DNA from: Acidimicrobiia bacterium
Lineage (GTDB): Bacteria > Actinomycetota > Acidimicrobiia > IMCC26256 > PALSA-610
Direction of reading: 5' to 3'
Length of the DNA: 64,000 bases
Assembly: GCA_038209365.1 (NCBI GenBank)
Contig: JBBQXS010000002.1
Location: 19,038-83,037 of the forward strand
The translations under genes and the position numbers were made by a program. Shown piece after piece: positions 1-8,807 of this stretch. Under the pieces are notes generated by a model that saw only the letters and a list, made by a program, of their open reading frames with translations, did no database searches and was not told the origin of the DNA. Numbering within the stretch: the stretch's first letter is position 1; each line of letters starts with the position of its first letter.

Positions 1-115
1 CGGATCTTGCGCGGCACTGCTCGACACATACACGGTGCGGACCGTGCGCCGACCCGCGCGCAGGAGCTCGTGCACGGCGCGGCGGCCCTCGACCTGCTCG
101 CCGCCGACCCCCGAG

Positions 116-1495
116 TCAGGCTTCGTCATCGGGTCGGAGCCGGCGCCACACCGTGCCGTCCGGGGTGTCCTCCAGCACGATGCCGCGGGCGCGGAGCTCG
201 TCGCGCAAACGGTCGGCCTCGGCCCAGTCCTTGCGCTCGCGCGCTTCGTCGCGCGCCGCGACGAGCGCGCGGATCTCGTCGTCGAGCTGTTCGTCGTCGT
301 CGAGCCACGTCAGACCCAGCGCGCTCCAGAGCTCCCGCACGGTCGCGGCCAGCCGGGCCGCGTCGTCGTTGCGTCCGGCATCGAGTGCGATGTTCGCGTC
401 GCGTACGAGCTCGAAGACGAACGCGAGCGCGGCCGGCGTGTCGAAGTCGTCGTCCATCGCGTCGCGAAACGCCGACGTGTCGACCACCTCCGCCGCGGGG
501 AGCCCGGCACGCCGCACACGTCGCATCAACGCGTCGACGCGCTCCACGGCCTTGTCGGCATCGGCGAGCTCCTTGTCGCCGAGCTCCATCTGTCGGTGGT
601 AATGCGTCTGGAGAACCAGCAACCGGAAGGCGCGCGGATCGAACTCGTCGAGCACGTCCTCGAGCGTCGTGAAGTTGCCGAGCGACTTCGACATCTTCTC
701 GCCCTCGACGTTCACCATCGCCGAGTGCAGCCAATAGCGCGCGAACACGTGGCCGGCCGCTTCGGCCTGCGCGATCTCGTTCTCGTGGTGCGGAAACTCG
801 AGGTCGGTACCCCCGCCGTGGATGTCGAAGCCGTCGCCCAGGATGTCGAGCGACATCGCGGAGCACTCGATGTGCCAGCCCGGCCTCCCCGGGCCCCACG
901 GCGAGTCCCACTGCGGCTCGCCCGGCTTGGCGGCCTTCCACAGCGCGAAGTCGATCGGCGAGCGCTTTCGCTCGTCCACCTCCACCCGTGCGCCCGCGCT
1001 GTCGCGCAGCTCGGCGACGGTCCGGTGCGACAGCTTGCCGTACCCGGGGAACGTGTCGACCTCGAAGTAGACGCCCTGGCCCTCGACCACGTATGCGCTT
1101 CCCTTCGCGATCAGCTCGGTGATCAGTGCCTGCATCTGCGGGATGAACTCGGTCGCCCGTGGCATGTCGTCCGGCGGCGCGACGTTCAGGCGCGACATCT
1201 GCAGCCAATAGTCCGCTTCATAGGTTCGGGAGAGCTCGGACTCGGTCGTCGAACGCTCGGCTGCCCGCGCGATGATGCGGTCTTCGACGTCGGTGATGTT
1301 GGTGACATAGGCGACGTCGCGACCCGACCACATGAGGTAGCGCCGGATCGTGTCGAACACCACCGCGGTGCGGCCGTGGCCCAGGTGCGGCACGTCGTAC
1401 GGCGTGGGCCCGCACACGTACATCGACACCTGGCCCTCGATGCGGGGGACGAAGTCGACCTTTGCGCGTCGCGCCGTGTCCTGGATGCGCAGCAC
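116..1495 (-). CDS. cysS: Cysteine--tRNA ligase
   Basis: [14 protein letters not shown] (HIGH), [10 protein letters not shown] and KMSKS motifs. Confidence 0.97.
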   Translation of the reverse strand: MLRIQDTARRAKVDFVPRIEGQVSMYVCGPTPYDVPHLGHGRTAVVFDTIRRYLMWSGRDVAYVTNITDVEDRIIARAAERSTTESELSRTYEADYWLQMSRLNVAPPDDMPRATEFIPQMQALITELIAKGSAYVVEGQGVYFEVDTFPGYGKLSHRTVAELRDSAGARVEVDERKRSPIDFALWKAAKPGEPQWDSPWGPGRPGWHIECSAMSLDILGDGFDIHGGGTDLEFPHHENEIAQAEAAGHVFARYWLHSAMVNVEGEKMSKSLGNFTTLEDVLDEFDPRAFRLLVLQTHYHRQMELGDKELADADKAVERVDALMRRVRRAGLPAAEVVDTSAFRDAMDDDFDTPAALAFVFELVRDANIALDAGRNDDAARLAATVRELWSALGLTWLDDDEQLDDEIRALVAARDEARERKDWAEADRLRDELRARGIVLEDTPDGTVWRRLRPDDEA

Positions 1496-1536
1496 CGGGA
1501 GAGGCTAGCGAGCGTCGGCCGGCGAGCCGATGAGCA

Positions 1537-2034
1537 TTACCCCCGCGACAGGAGCGCGACCGCCCAGACGGCGATCCCTTCGGCCCGCCCGATGGCGCCG
1601 AGCCCTTCGCCGCGCTTGGGGCGCACCGCGGCGCCGATGCCGGGGCCCATCGGCTCCCGGGCCGGCGCCAGCGCGGCGACGAGATTGGCCGTCATCGCTT
1701 CGACGTGGTGCCCGAGCGTCGGCCTTTCGGCGGCGACCACGACGTCGACGTTCTCGATCCACCAGCTCTTGTGGCCGAGCTCTCGGGCGACCTCGGCGAG
1801 CAATCCCATCGAATCGGCGTCGCGAAAGCGTTCGTCGGTTGCGGGGAACATGGTGCCGAGATCGGGCAGGCCGGCCGGTCCGAGCAACGCGTCGGCGACA
1901 GCGTGCGCGACGGCGTCCCCGTCGGAATGACCCGCGAGCCGGGGCGCATCGTCGATGCGGACGCCACCCAGTACCAGCGGCGGGTCGATCCCGAACGGGT
2001 GGACGTCGAAGCCGAGCCCGACGCGCATCCTCAC
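1537..2034 (-). CDS. ispF: 2-C-methyl-D-erythritol 2,4-cyclodiphosphate synthase
   Basis: RVGLGFDVH, GHSDGD, DALLG..DLG..FP motifs; follows ispD. Confidence 0.96.
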   Translation of the reverse strand: MRMRVGLGFDVHPFGIDPPLVLGGVRIDDAPRLAGHSDGDAVAHAVADALLGPAGLPDLGTMFPATDERFRDADSMGLLAEVARELGHKSWWIENVDVVVAAERPTLGHHVEAMTANLVAALAPAREPMGPGIGAAVRPKRGEGLGAIGRAEGIAVWAVALLSRG

Positions 2035-2669
2035 GAGCGCACACCTTCGATCAGCGACTGTGCCAGCTCGAGGTCGTCGGCCCGCGTGAGCTTGAGATTG
2101 CGACGCTCACCTTCGACGACCACGACCTTCCCGCCATCGGCCTCCACAAGCGCGGCATCATCGGTGTCGATGCCGTCGCGGGCGTGTGCCGCGCGCAACG
2201 CCTCGGCGCGAAAGGCTTGCGGCGTCTGGACCGCGACCAGCCCATCGCGTGAAACCGTCTCCAAGACGTCACGGTCACGCACACGCTTGAGGGTGTCGAC
2301 GACGGGAAGCGCAGGCACCGCGGCGTCGACGCCCGCGCGAATCGCTTCGATCACGCCGGCAAAGAGCCCGCGGGACGCGAGGGGCCGGGCCGCGTCGTGC
2401 ACGACGACGACCTCAGCGGTCTCGGGCACACACGCAAGACCGGCGCGCACCGACTCGGACCTCGTCGCACCACCGATTGCCGCGCGAACCCCCGCCGGAG
2501 GCTCCCACGTCGCGCCCGGCGGGAGCACGACGACGACGCCGTCACACGATTCACAGGCAGTTCCGACCGCGCGATCGAGCACGGTCGAGGCGCCCAAGCG
2601 CGCAAACTGCTTCGCGCTCCCGAACCTCGCGCCCCCACCCGCCGCGACGACGATGGCCCAGGTCTCCAC
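2031..2669 (-). CDS. ispD: 2-C-methyl-D-erythritol 4-phosphate cytidylyltransferase
   Basis: AAGGGARFG..KQF, VHDAARP, QTPQAF, TDD motifs; start re-assigned to GTG at 2669 inside ORF 2031..3398. Confidence 0.95.
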   Translation of the reverse strand: METWAIVVAAGGGARFGSAKQFARLGASTVLDRAVGTACESCDGVVVVLPPGATWEPPAGVRAAIGGATRSESVRAGLACVPETAEVVVVHDAARPLASRGLFAGVIEAIRAGVDAAVPALPVVDTLKRVRDRDVLETVSRDGLVAVQTPQAFRAEALRAAHARDGIDTDDAALVEADGGKVVVVEGERRNLKLTRADDLELAQSLIEGVRS

Positions 2670-2689
2670 GTCGCCAGTCTGGCAGGTGA

Positions 2690-3736
2690 CTAATTCTCGA
2701 GGCGGGCGAACAGCAGGCGTCCGGCCGAGGTCGGGACGACCGACGTCACCTGCAACATCACCTCCGGGCCGCCGACGAGCTCGTGCCCGCCGTTCACGAC
2801 GACCATGGACCCGTCGTCGAGGTGGCCGACGCCCTGACCGGTCTCCTTGCCTTCGCGCGTGAGCGACACGCGGACGTAGTCGCCCGGGCCGATCGACGGC
2901 GTGAGCTCCTGCGCGAGCTTGCGCAGGTTGCACGTCGGCACACCCTGGAGCTCCGCGTTGCGTGAGAGCGGCCCGTCGTTGGTGAGCATCCGGAGCTGTA
3001 GCCGACGCGCCAACGCGATCAACTTCGCGTCGACCTCGGCGTGCTCCGGCACCTCGTCGTCGAGGACGAAGAGACGGACGTGGCCTTCCTTGCGCAGAAC
3101 TTCGAGTGTTTCGAGGCCGCGTCGCGCCCGCCGGCGCTTCACGTCGTCGCTCGCGTCGGCGAAGCCTTGGAGCTCGTCGAGCACGAACCGAGCGACCATC
3201 AGATCCCCGCCGAGGACACGGGAGCGAGTGAGCGGGAGCAGCTGACCGTCCATGACGACCGATGTATCGACGAGCACCCCGTCGCGCGCGTCGAACGCTT
3301 GGGCGCGCACGAGCGGCCGGGTCGACAGCCCGAGCATCTCGAGCACGGCTTCGGCTTGGTAGGCGACGATGCGGTATCCGGCCCACGCGAGCACCCATGC
3401 CCCGAGCGCGACGACGGACACCGCGAAGCGAGTATCGAGCAGGAGGGCGAACGGCACGACCAGCACGAGCGCGAGTGCGGATCCGGCGATCGCACCGAGC
3501 GTGCCGGCGACGAGCCGGGCGGGAGAGCGGCGGTCCACCCGGCGCTCCACGGCACCCAGCGCGCTGTCGAGGACGCGGCCGAGCACGCCACCCGTCACAT
3601 AGCCGAAGAGGCAGCCCAGCATCCCACCGATGCCCTGCGCCTCGGTGCCGAGCCGCCGGGCGACCCAGAAGCCCGTGGCGGTGCTCAGCACGGCGACGAG
3701 GAGGCGAACACCTTCGACGAACATCGGCTTCTGCAT
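2690..3736 (-). CDS. Membrane-anchored PIN/TRAM domain protein (YacL-like)
   Basis: N-terminal TM helices, PIN motif VDTSVVMDG / VLDELQ / TND, C-terminal GKETGQGVGHLDDGSMVVV TRAM signature; start approximate. Confidence 0.88.
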   Translation of the reverse strand: MQKPMFVEGVRLLVAVLSTATGFWVARRLGTEAQGIGGMLGCLFGYVTGGVLGRVLDSALGAVERRVDRRSPARLVAGTLGAIAGSALALVLVVPFALLLDTRFAVSVVALGAWVLAWAGYRIVAYQAEAVLEMLGLSTRPLVRAQAFDARDGVLVDTSVVMDGQLLPLTRSRVLGGDLMVARFVLDELQGFADASDDVKRRRARRGLETLEVLRKEGHVRLFVLDDEVPEHAEVDAKLIALARRLQLRMLTNDGPLSRNAELQGVPTCNLRKLAQELTPSIGPGDYVRVSLTREGKETGQGVGHLDDGSMVVVNGGHELVGGPEVMLQVTSVVPTSAGRLLFARLEN

Positions 3737-3811
3737 CGGCCGGCAGGGTCCCTGCTTGACCAACGCGTCGAGGAGGCCCTCAGGCCCGGCCGGAATGGGG
3801 CCGATGGTCAA

Positions 3812-3827
3812 TGTGACCTACGACACA
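3812..3827. promoter_or_regulatory. Putative CRP-family binding site
   Basis: TGTGA-CCTACG-ACACA, one mismatch from TGTGA-N6-TCACA, between divergent PIN/TRAM gene and crp. Confidence 0.65.
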
Positions 3828-3883
3828 CTGGGCGGTTCCGAGGTGGGCTCGGATAGCCTCCCGCGAACAAGGACCGGCGCGAC

Positions 3884-4552
3884 ATGGCGGCACGCACGCC
3901 CGTGCTCGACAAGACCGACCTCTTCGGCACCCTGCCCCCGGAGCTGCTCGAGCAGCTGCGAGGTCGGACCGCGCTCGCGCGGTACCGCCGCGGGGACCCG
4001 ATCTTCGAAAAGGGCGACCCGGCGACGCACCTGTACGTCGTGTTCTCCGGCCGAATCGCCATCGTGGCCAAGGCCTCCGACGGCCGCGAGTCGGTGCTCA
4101 CGGTGCTCGGACCGGGCGCGCTGTTCGGCGAGATGTCGATGTTCGACGGCGGCGTGCGGTCGGCCAACGCCCGGGCGTTGACGACCGTGCACCTGATCGC
4201 CATCGAATTCGAAGACGTTCGGGACGTCCTCGCCCGCCGGCCCGAAGTGCTGTGGGCCGTCGTTCGCATCCTCGCCCGTCGTCTGCGCGCCACCGACGAG
4301 GCACTCGCGGACGCGATGTTCCTCGACGTGACGGGCCGCACCGCCAAGCGTCTGCTCGAGCTCGCCGACGGCGAGGACGATTTCCGTATGCCGGTCACAC
4401 AAGAAGAGCTGGCGGGAATGGTCGGCGCGTCGCGCGAACGAGTGAACAAGGCGATCGCGTTGTTCGTGAAGCTCGGTTGGCTCGAGATCTCCGGCCGCAG
4501 CCGCTACCGCATCGTCAACCGCGACGAGCTCGAGATCCGCGCAACGATTTAG
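3884..4552 (+). CDS. crp: Crp/Fnr family cAMP-binding transcriptional regulator
   Basis: cNMP domain FGEMS..RSA and HTH TQEELAGMVGASRERVNKA typical of actinobacterial CRP. Confidence 0.9.
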   Translation: MAARTPVLDKTDLFGTLPPELLEQLRGRTALARYRRGDPIFEKGDPATHLYVVFSGRIAIVAKASDGRESVLTVLGPGALFGEMSMFDGGVRSANARALTTVHLIAIEFEDVRDVLARRPEVLWAVVRILARRLRATDEALADAMFLDVTGRTAKRLLELADGEDDFRMPVTQEELAGMVGASRERVNKAIALFVKLGWLEISGRSRYRIVNRDELEIRATI

Positions 4553-4576
4553 CTTTGTCGCACTTGGTGTGACTGA

Positions 4577-5311
4577 CTAGCCCTTGATCCAGTCGAGGGT
4601 CTTCTGCCAGGCGGCGGCTGCGTCGTCGGGGCGGTGGACGGGCCGATCGGGATCGTGCACGAAGCCGTGTTCGGCCCCCTCGACGACAACGATCTCGCAG
4701 TCGTCGCGCTCCTTCCACGCAGCGCGCAACGCGTCGATATCGGCGGCGGGCGTCCACGGGTCGGCCGTGCCGAAGAATGCGAGCGTCGGCACCATCTGTG
4801 ACGCGACGTCGAGCGGTTCGATGCGATGGCCGGGACCGCGCCACTCGTCGGGCGTTCGCAACATTCCGTAGAACGCCACGGCCGCGTCGAACCGGTCCGT
4901 CGCCGCCGCCTTGAACACGTAGTGGCCACCCATACAAAACCCGAGCACGGACACACGCGCCACGTCGTCCTCGACGACGAGCAGATCCGCCGCAGCGGAG
5001 AAGATCTCGAGCTGCTGCGAATCATCGAGATCCTTCACATGGGCCAACCGCTCCTCCACGGAAGATCGAGACGACTCCGGCTGCGAAGCAAAAGGCTCGA
5101 AGACGAGAACGGCAAGCCCATGGGAAGCAAGCAATCCCGCCATGTCCTCGAAGAGCGGCCGGAGCCCACCCACATCCGGATGCAGCACCAGCCCACCAAC
5201 CGGCATCCCATCCGGCCGCGCATGAAACACCGGCACATCCATCCCATCCACAAGAAGCGTGCGCGCCTCAGAACTGATGTCGTAGATCGGGCCGTGAGAA
5301 AGAGCCGCCAT
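4577..5311 (-). CDS. Dienelactone hydrolase family protein
   Basis: GFCMGG nucleophile elbow, FYG, HGF motifs. Confidence 0.9.
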   Translation of the reverse strand: MAALSHGPIYDISSEARTLLVDGMDVPVFHARPDGMPVGGLVLHPDVGGLRPLFEDMAGLLASHGLAVLVFEPFASQPESSRSSVEERLAHVKDLDDSQQLEIFSAAADLLVVEDDVARVSVLGFCMGGHYVFKAAATDRFDAAVAFYGMLRTPDEWRGPGHRIEPLDVASQMVPTLAFFGTADPWTPAADIDALRAAWKERDDCEIVVVEGAEHGFVHDPDRPVHRPDDAAAAWQKTLDWIKG

Positions 5312-5337
5312 AAGAGAGTGAGACTAGAAGAGACGGA

Positions 5338-5432
5338 GGCGGCGGAGAGGCCCGGAGGGAGCCTGGGGGGTGGGTGGGGACCGCCGGAGCGAATGCGGAG
5401 GCGGTCGGCGACCGGAGGGCTTCTCCGCCGCC
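5338..5432. repeat. Intergenic inverted-repeat element with G-tracts and inner hairpin
   Basis: GGCGGCGGAGAGGCCC (5338-5353) pairs with GGGCTTCTCCGCCGCC (5417-5432); inner GACCGCC-ggagcgaatgcgga-GGCGGTC; G-runs 5357-5379. Confidence 0.7.
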
Positions 5433-5448
5433 GCCGCCAAGGGCACGC

Positions 5449-6519
5449 TCAGGCGTAACGATCGAGAATCGAAGTCTCGGCAACACGCGACAACCCGTCC
5501 TTGATCGCACGCGCGCGCGCTTCGCCGACCCCCTCCACCTCGACCAGGTCCGAGATCGAAGCGCGCATGATCTTCGGCAACGTCCCGAACCGCTCGACCA
5601 CATGGTCGGCGATGAGCTCGGGCAGCCGCGGGATCTTGCTCAGCAGCCGGTAGCCGCGCGGCTGCGTCGACGAGTCCAGATCCATTTCCTGCGACAAATG
5701 CAGGATGCCGGCGACCACGCGCAGATCGAGCAGCTCGTCGTCGCTGATCTCGGCGAGGCGCGAAGTGACCTGGGTGAGCATCCAGTCGGGCGATTCCACG
5801 AAGTAGTCCTTGCCGACGAGGCGCAGGTCGACGAGCACGCCACCGGTGAGCTCTTCGAGTTGTAGCTCCACGAGACGGCCGTCGAGACCGAGCTCCACGA
5901 CATAGCCCTCGATCTCCTCCGCGATTCTCCGGACCATCTCGGCGCGCTGGAGCACCGTGACGACGTCCCGCAACGTGACCAGGTCTTCGACTTCGAGGGC
6001 GGACAGCGCGCCGGTCACACCGTCGAGCCGAGACTTGTAGCGACCGAGGATCTGGAGTGCCTGGTCGGCCCGGGCGAGCACGCGCGGGATGGGCTCGAGG
6101 GTCTGCTTCATCCCCTGGTAGTGCACCGAGACCATGCTCATCTCTTCGGAGACCGTGATCACCGGCACGGAGATCTGGCGGGCGACCCGCTCGGCGGTGC
6201 GGTGACGAGTCCCGGTCTCGGTCGTGGGGATGTCGGGGTCCGGCACCAGGTGCACGTTCGCGCGGGCGACGCGGGTCCCGTCCGAGGCAAGGATGATCGC
6301 GCCATCCATCTTCGCCAGCTCCGACAAGCGTTGCGGGGTGAACTCGGCATCGAGGAGGAAGCCGCCGGAACAGATGTTCAACACGTCGGGACCGTCGCCG
6401 ATGACGATCAACGCGCCCATGTTCGATTGCAGGATTCGGTCGATGCCCTCCCGCAGCGGCGTGCCCGGTGCGACGAGGCGAAGCGCGGCGTAGAGGGCTT
6501 CTGATCGGCGCTGGGCCAA
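5449..6519 (-). CDS. disA: DNA integrity scanning diadenylate cyclase DisA
   Basis: VAPGTPLREG, KMDGA, GTRHRTAER DAC motifs, C-terminal HhH; TTG start after GGAGGA. Confidence 0.96.
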   Translation of the reverse strand: MAQRRSEALYAALRLVAPGTPLREGIDRILQSNMGALIVIGDGPDVLNICSGGFLLDAEFTPQRLSELAKMDGAIILASDGTRVARANVHLVPDPDIPTTETGTRHRTAERVARQISVPVITVSEEMSMVSVHYQGMKQTLEPIPRVLARADQALQILGRYKSRLDGVTGALSALEVEDLVTLRDVVTVLQRAEMVRRIAEEIEGYVVELGLDGRLVELQLEELTGGVLVDLRLVGKDYFVESPDWMLTQVTSRLAEISDDELLDLRVVAGILHLSQEMDLDSSTQPRGYRLLSKIPRLPELIADHVVERFGTLPKIMRASISDLVEVEGVGEARARAIKDGLSRVAETSILDRYA

Positions 6520-6550
6520 CAAGTCCTCCGGGTCGGAACTGGCCGCCAGC

Positions 6551-7891
6551 CTACCCTCCCGCGCCCAATGCCGCACCCAGACCCTCGCCGATATCGGCGA
6601 CGCGCACGAGCGTGATCCCCCGCACGTCGGGCGTCGACGTCGGAACGATTGCGCGGCGAAAACCGAGACGAAGCGCTTCGGTGAGACGACGGGGCGCGTG
6701 CGCCACTTGCCGTACCTCGCCGCCCAACCCGAGCTCTCCTATGACGACCGTGTCAGGTTCGATCACACGATCCACGCGCGCGCCCGCGATGGCGAGCGCG
6801 AGCGCGAGGTCGGCGCCGGGCTCTGCGACGCGCACTCCGCCGGCGATGCTCGCGTACACGTCACGTTCGTTGAGTCCGATGTCGGCGCGCTGTTGCAGCA
6901 CGGCAACGAGCATGGCGAGCCGGCTGCCGTCGATCGACTGCGCGATGCGGCGCGCGATCGGTGCGGATTTGTCGGCGACCAGCGCTTGCGCTTCGACGCA
7001 CAACGGACGGGCGCCCTCCATCACGGCCGCGACGACCGAACCCGGCGCCGCTGATCGCCGGTCGGCGAGGAACAGCGCGCTCGGATCGGCGACCGGCGTG
7101 AGACCGGTCTCGTTCATCTCCATGAGGCCCAGCTCATCGGTCGCGCCGAACCGGTGCTTCAGCGCGCGCAGCATTCGGAGCGCGTGATGGCGGTCGCCTT
7201 CGAAAGAGAGCACGGTGTCGACGACGTGCTCGAGCGCGCGCGGTCCGGCCAGTGAGCCGTCCTTGGTGACATGTCCTACGACGACCACCGCGACGCCACG
7301 TTCCTTCGCGAGCCGCACGATGACTTGGGCGCCGTCGCGTACCTGCGCGACAGAACCGGCCGATCCCGGGCTGTCGGGATCGTGCACGGCTTGGATCGAG
7401 TCGATCACGCACACGGCCGGCACGATCGTGTCCACGTGGGCGGCGATCGCCGGCAGCGACGTCTCCGAGACGACGAACAGCTCGGAGGCAAGCGTGCCGA
7501 GTCGATCGGCGCGCACGCGTACCTGCGCGACCGATTCCTCGGCGGTGACCAGCAGGCAGCGGACGCCCGCGGCGGCCATCGCGCCGAGTGCCTGCAACAA
7601 CAGCGTGCTCTTCCCCATGCCGGGCTCACCGCCGAGGAGCGTGACCGACCCGGCGACGAGCCCACCGCCGAGCACGCGATCGAGCTCGGGCAGACCGGTC
7701 GGCATGTGGGCCGCACCGAGCGCGTCGACTTCGGCGATCGGCACCGCCCGGGTGGCTGTCGCACCGGCCCCGGTCGCGGTTGCCCCGTCCGTGAACGAGC
7801 CCCACTCGCCACAGTCGGGACAGCGCCCGAGCCACTTCGGGGAGTCGTGCCCGCACGCCTCGCACCGGTACCGAACGAGTGTTCGTGTCAT
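6551..7891 (-). CDS. radA: DNA repair protein RadA/Sms
   Basis: C4 zinc finger, GEPGMGKST Walker A, KHRFG (KNRFG variant), Lon-like C-terminus. Confidence 0.96.
   Translation of the reverse strand: MTRTLVRYRCEACGHDSPKWLGRCPDCGEWGSFTDGATATGAGATATRAVPIAEVDALGAAHMPTGLPELDRVLGGGLVAGSVTLLGGEPGMGKSTLLLQALGAMAAAGVRCLLVTAEESVAQVRVRADRLGTLASELFVVSETSLPAIAAHVDTIVPAVCVIDSIQAVHDPDSPGSAGSVAQVRDGAQVIVRLAKERGVAVVVVGHVTKDGSLAGPRALEHVVDTVLSFEGDRHHALRMLRALKHRFGATDELGLMEMNETGLTPVADPSALFLADRRSAAPGSVVAAVMEGARPLCVEAQALVADKSAPIARRIAQSIDGSRLAMLVAVLQQRADIGLNERDVYASIAGGVRVAEPGADLALALAIAGARVDRVIEPDTVVIGELGLGGEVRQVAHAPRRLTEALRLGFRRAIVPTSTPDVRGITLVRVADIGEGLGAALGAGG
7872..7885. promoter_or_regulatory. Putative LexA (SOS) box at radA start
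   Basis: CGAAC-GAGT-GTTCG matches the core of the actinobacterial TCGAAC-N4-GTTCGA box. Confidence 0.6.
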
Positions 7892-7898
7892 GGCCAAG

Positions 7899-7920
7899 AA
7901 GCTATCGGCGCCGTGTGACA
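7899..7920 (-). promoter_or_regulatory. PafBC/RecA-NDp type promoter, probably leaderless radA mRNA
   Basis: Minus strand TGTCAC-N10-TAGCTT, 7 nt before the radA ATG; known consensus TGTCGG-N10-TANNNT. Confidence 0.65.
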
Positions 7921-7958
7921 CGAACGCGGACGGGCGGCGGTCTCGGGACCACTCGGGT

Positions 7959-8753
7959 TTACATCAGTGGGGCGCGGTCGCGATCGAGGAGCTGCTCGGC
8001 CTGTCCCCGCTTGGTGCGGCGGCGACGTTGGCGCCGGGCACTCGCCGATGCTGCCAGGAGGAACAACCCCGCGAGCAGCGCGAGTGCAACCGCGATGCCG
8101 AGCTTCACCATCCTGTCGTAGTAGGTCCTCGACTGCGACGCCGCCACGGTGCTCACGGTGCCGGTCGTGGCGTCGTAGGTTTTCGCGGTCCCGTCCGGGA
8201 GCCGCACCACCACGGTGAGGTGGAGCGCGCTGCGAAGCTCGCGGGTGAGTTGCTCGTCGAGCGTCTTGGGATCGAGTCCCGCGAGTCGCAGCCGTGCCGC
8301 GAGGTCCTTGTCACTTCCGAGCCCGCTGGCCGGCGTACGGAGATCGACGACGAGCGCCAAGGCGTCGCGCGAGCTGAACCAGCGCCGCTCGCGGGTGATT
8401 CGGGGATCGCGGAGGAGCCCATGCGCTCCGACGAGATCGGCGAGTCTGCGGGCGAGATCCGCCTGGTCGCGAAAGACGTGGGTGAATGTGAGCGACGCCG
8501 TCGAACGGACGCCCGGCGTCCAGCGCGACACCTTCCAGCCCGCGGCGCGCAGATCGGCGAGCGGCACCTGGCGCGAGGCGGCGGCGACGCCGCCCAGCCG
8601 CGTGATCGCATCGCGGTCGAGGACGAGCGTCGTGCGAATCGTTCCCGACCCGTCGCTCGCCAGCGTCACGTCGACGCGAACATCGACCCGGCACCCCGCG
8701 AGCAGCACGGCACCGATCGCGATCATTCCCCACACGCGACGAACCTGCGTCAC
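7959..8753 (-). CDS. Putative lipoprotein (LppM-like) with C-terminal TM helix
   Basis: LLAGC lipobox, DGSGT motif, C-terminal hydrophobic helix plus basic tail. Confidence 0.7.
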   Translation of the reverse strand: MTQVRRVWGMIAIGAVLLAGCRVDVRVDVTLASDGSGTIRTTLVLDRDAITRLGGVAAASRQVPLADLRAAGWKVSRWTPGVRSTASLTFTHVFRDQADLARRLADLVGAHGLLRDPRITRERRWFSSRDALALVVDLRTPASGLGSDKDLAARLRLAGLDPKTLDEQLTRELRSALHLTVVVRLPDGTAKTYDATTGTVSTVAASQSRTYYDRMVKLGIAVALALLAGLFLLAASASARRQRRRRTKRGQAEQLLDRDRAPLM

Positions 8754-8807
8754 AGACCAGCGATTATCGCCGGAGAATGACGCAGGTTCGAATTGAGCGT
8801 CTTCGTC

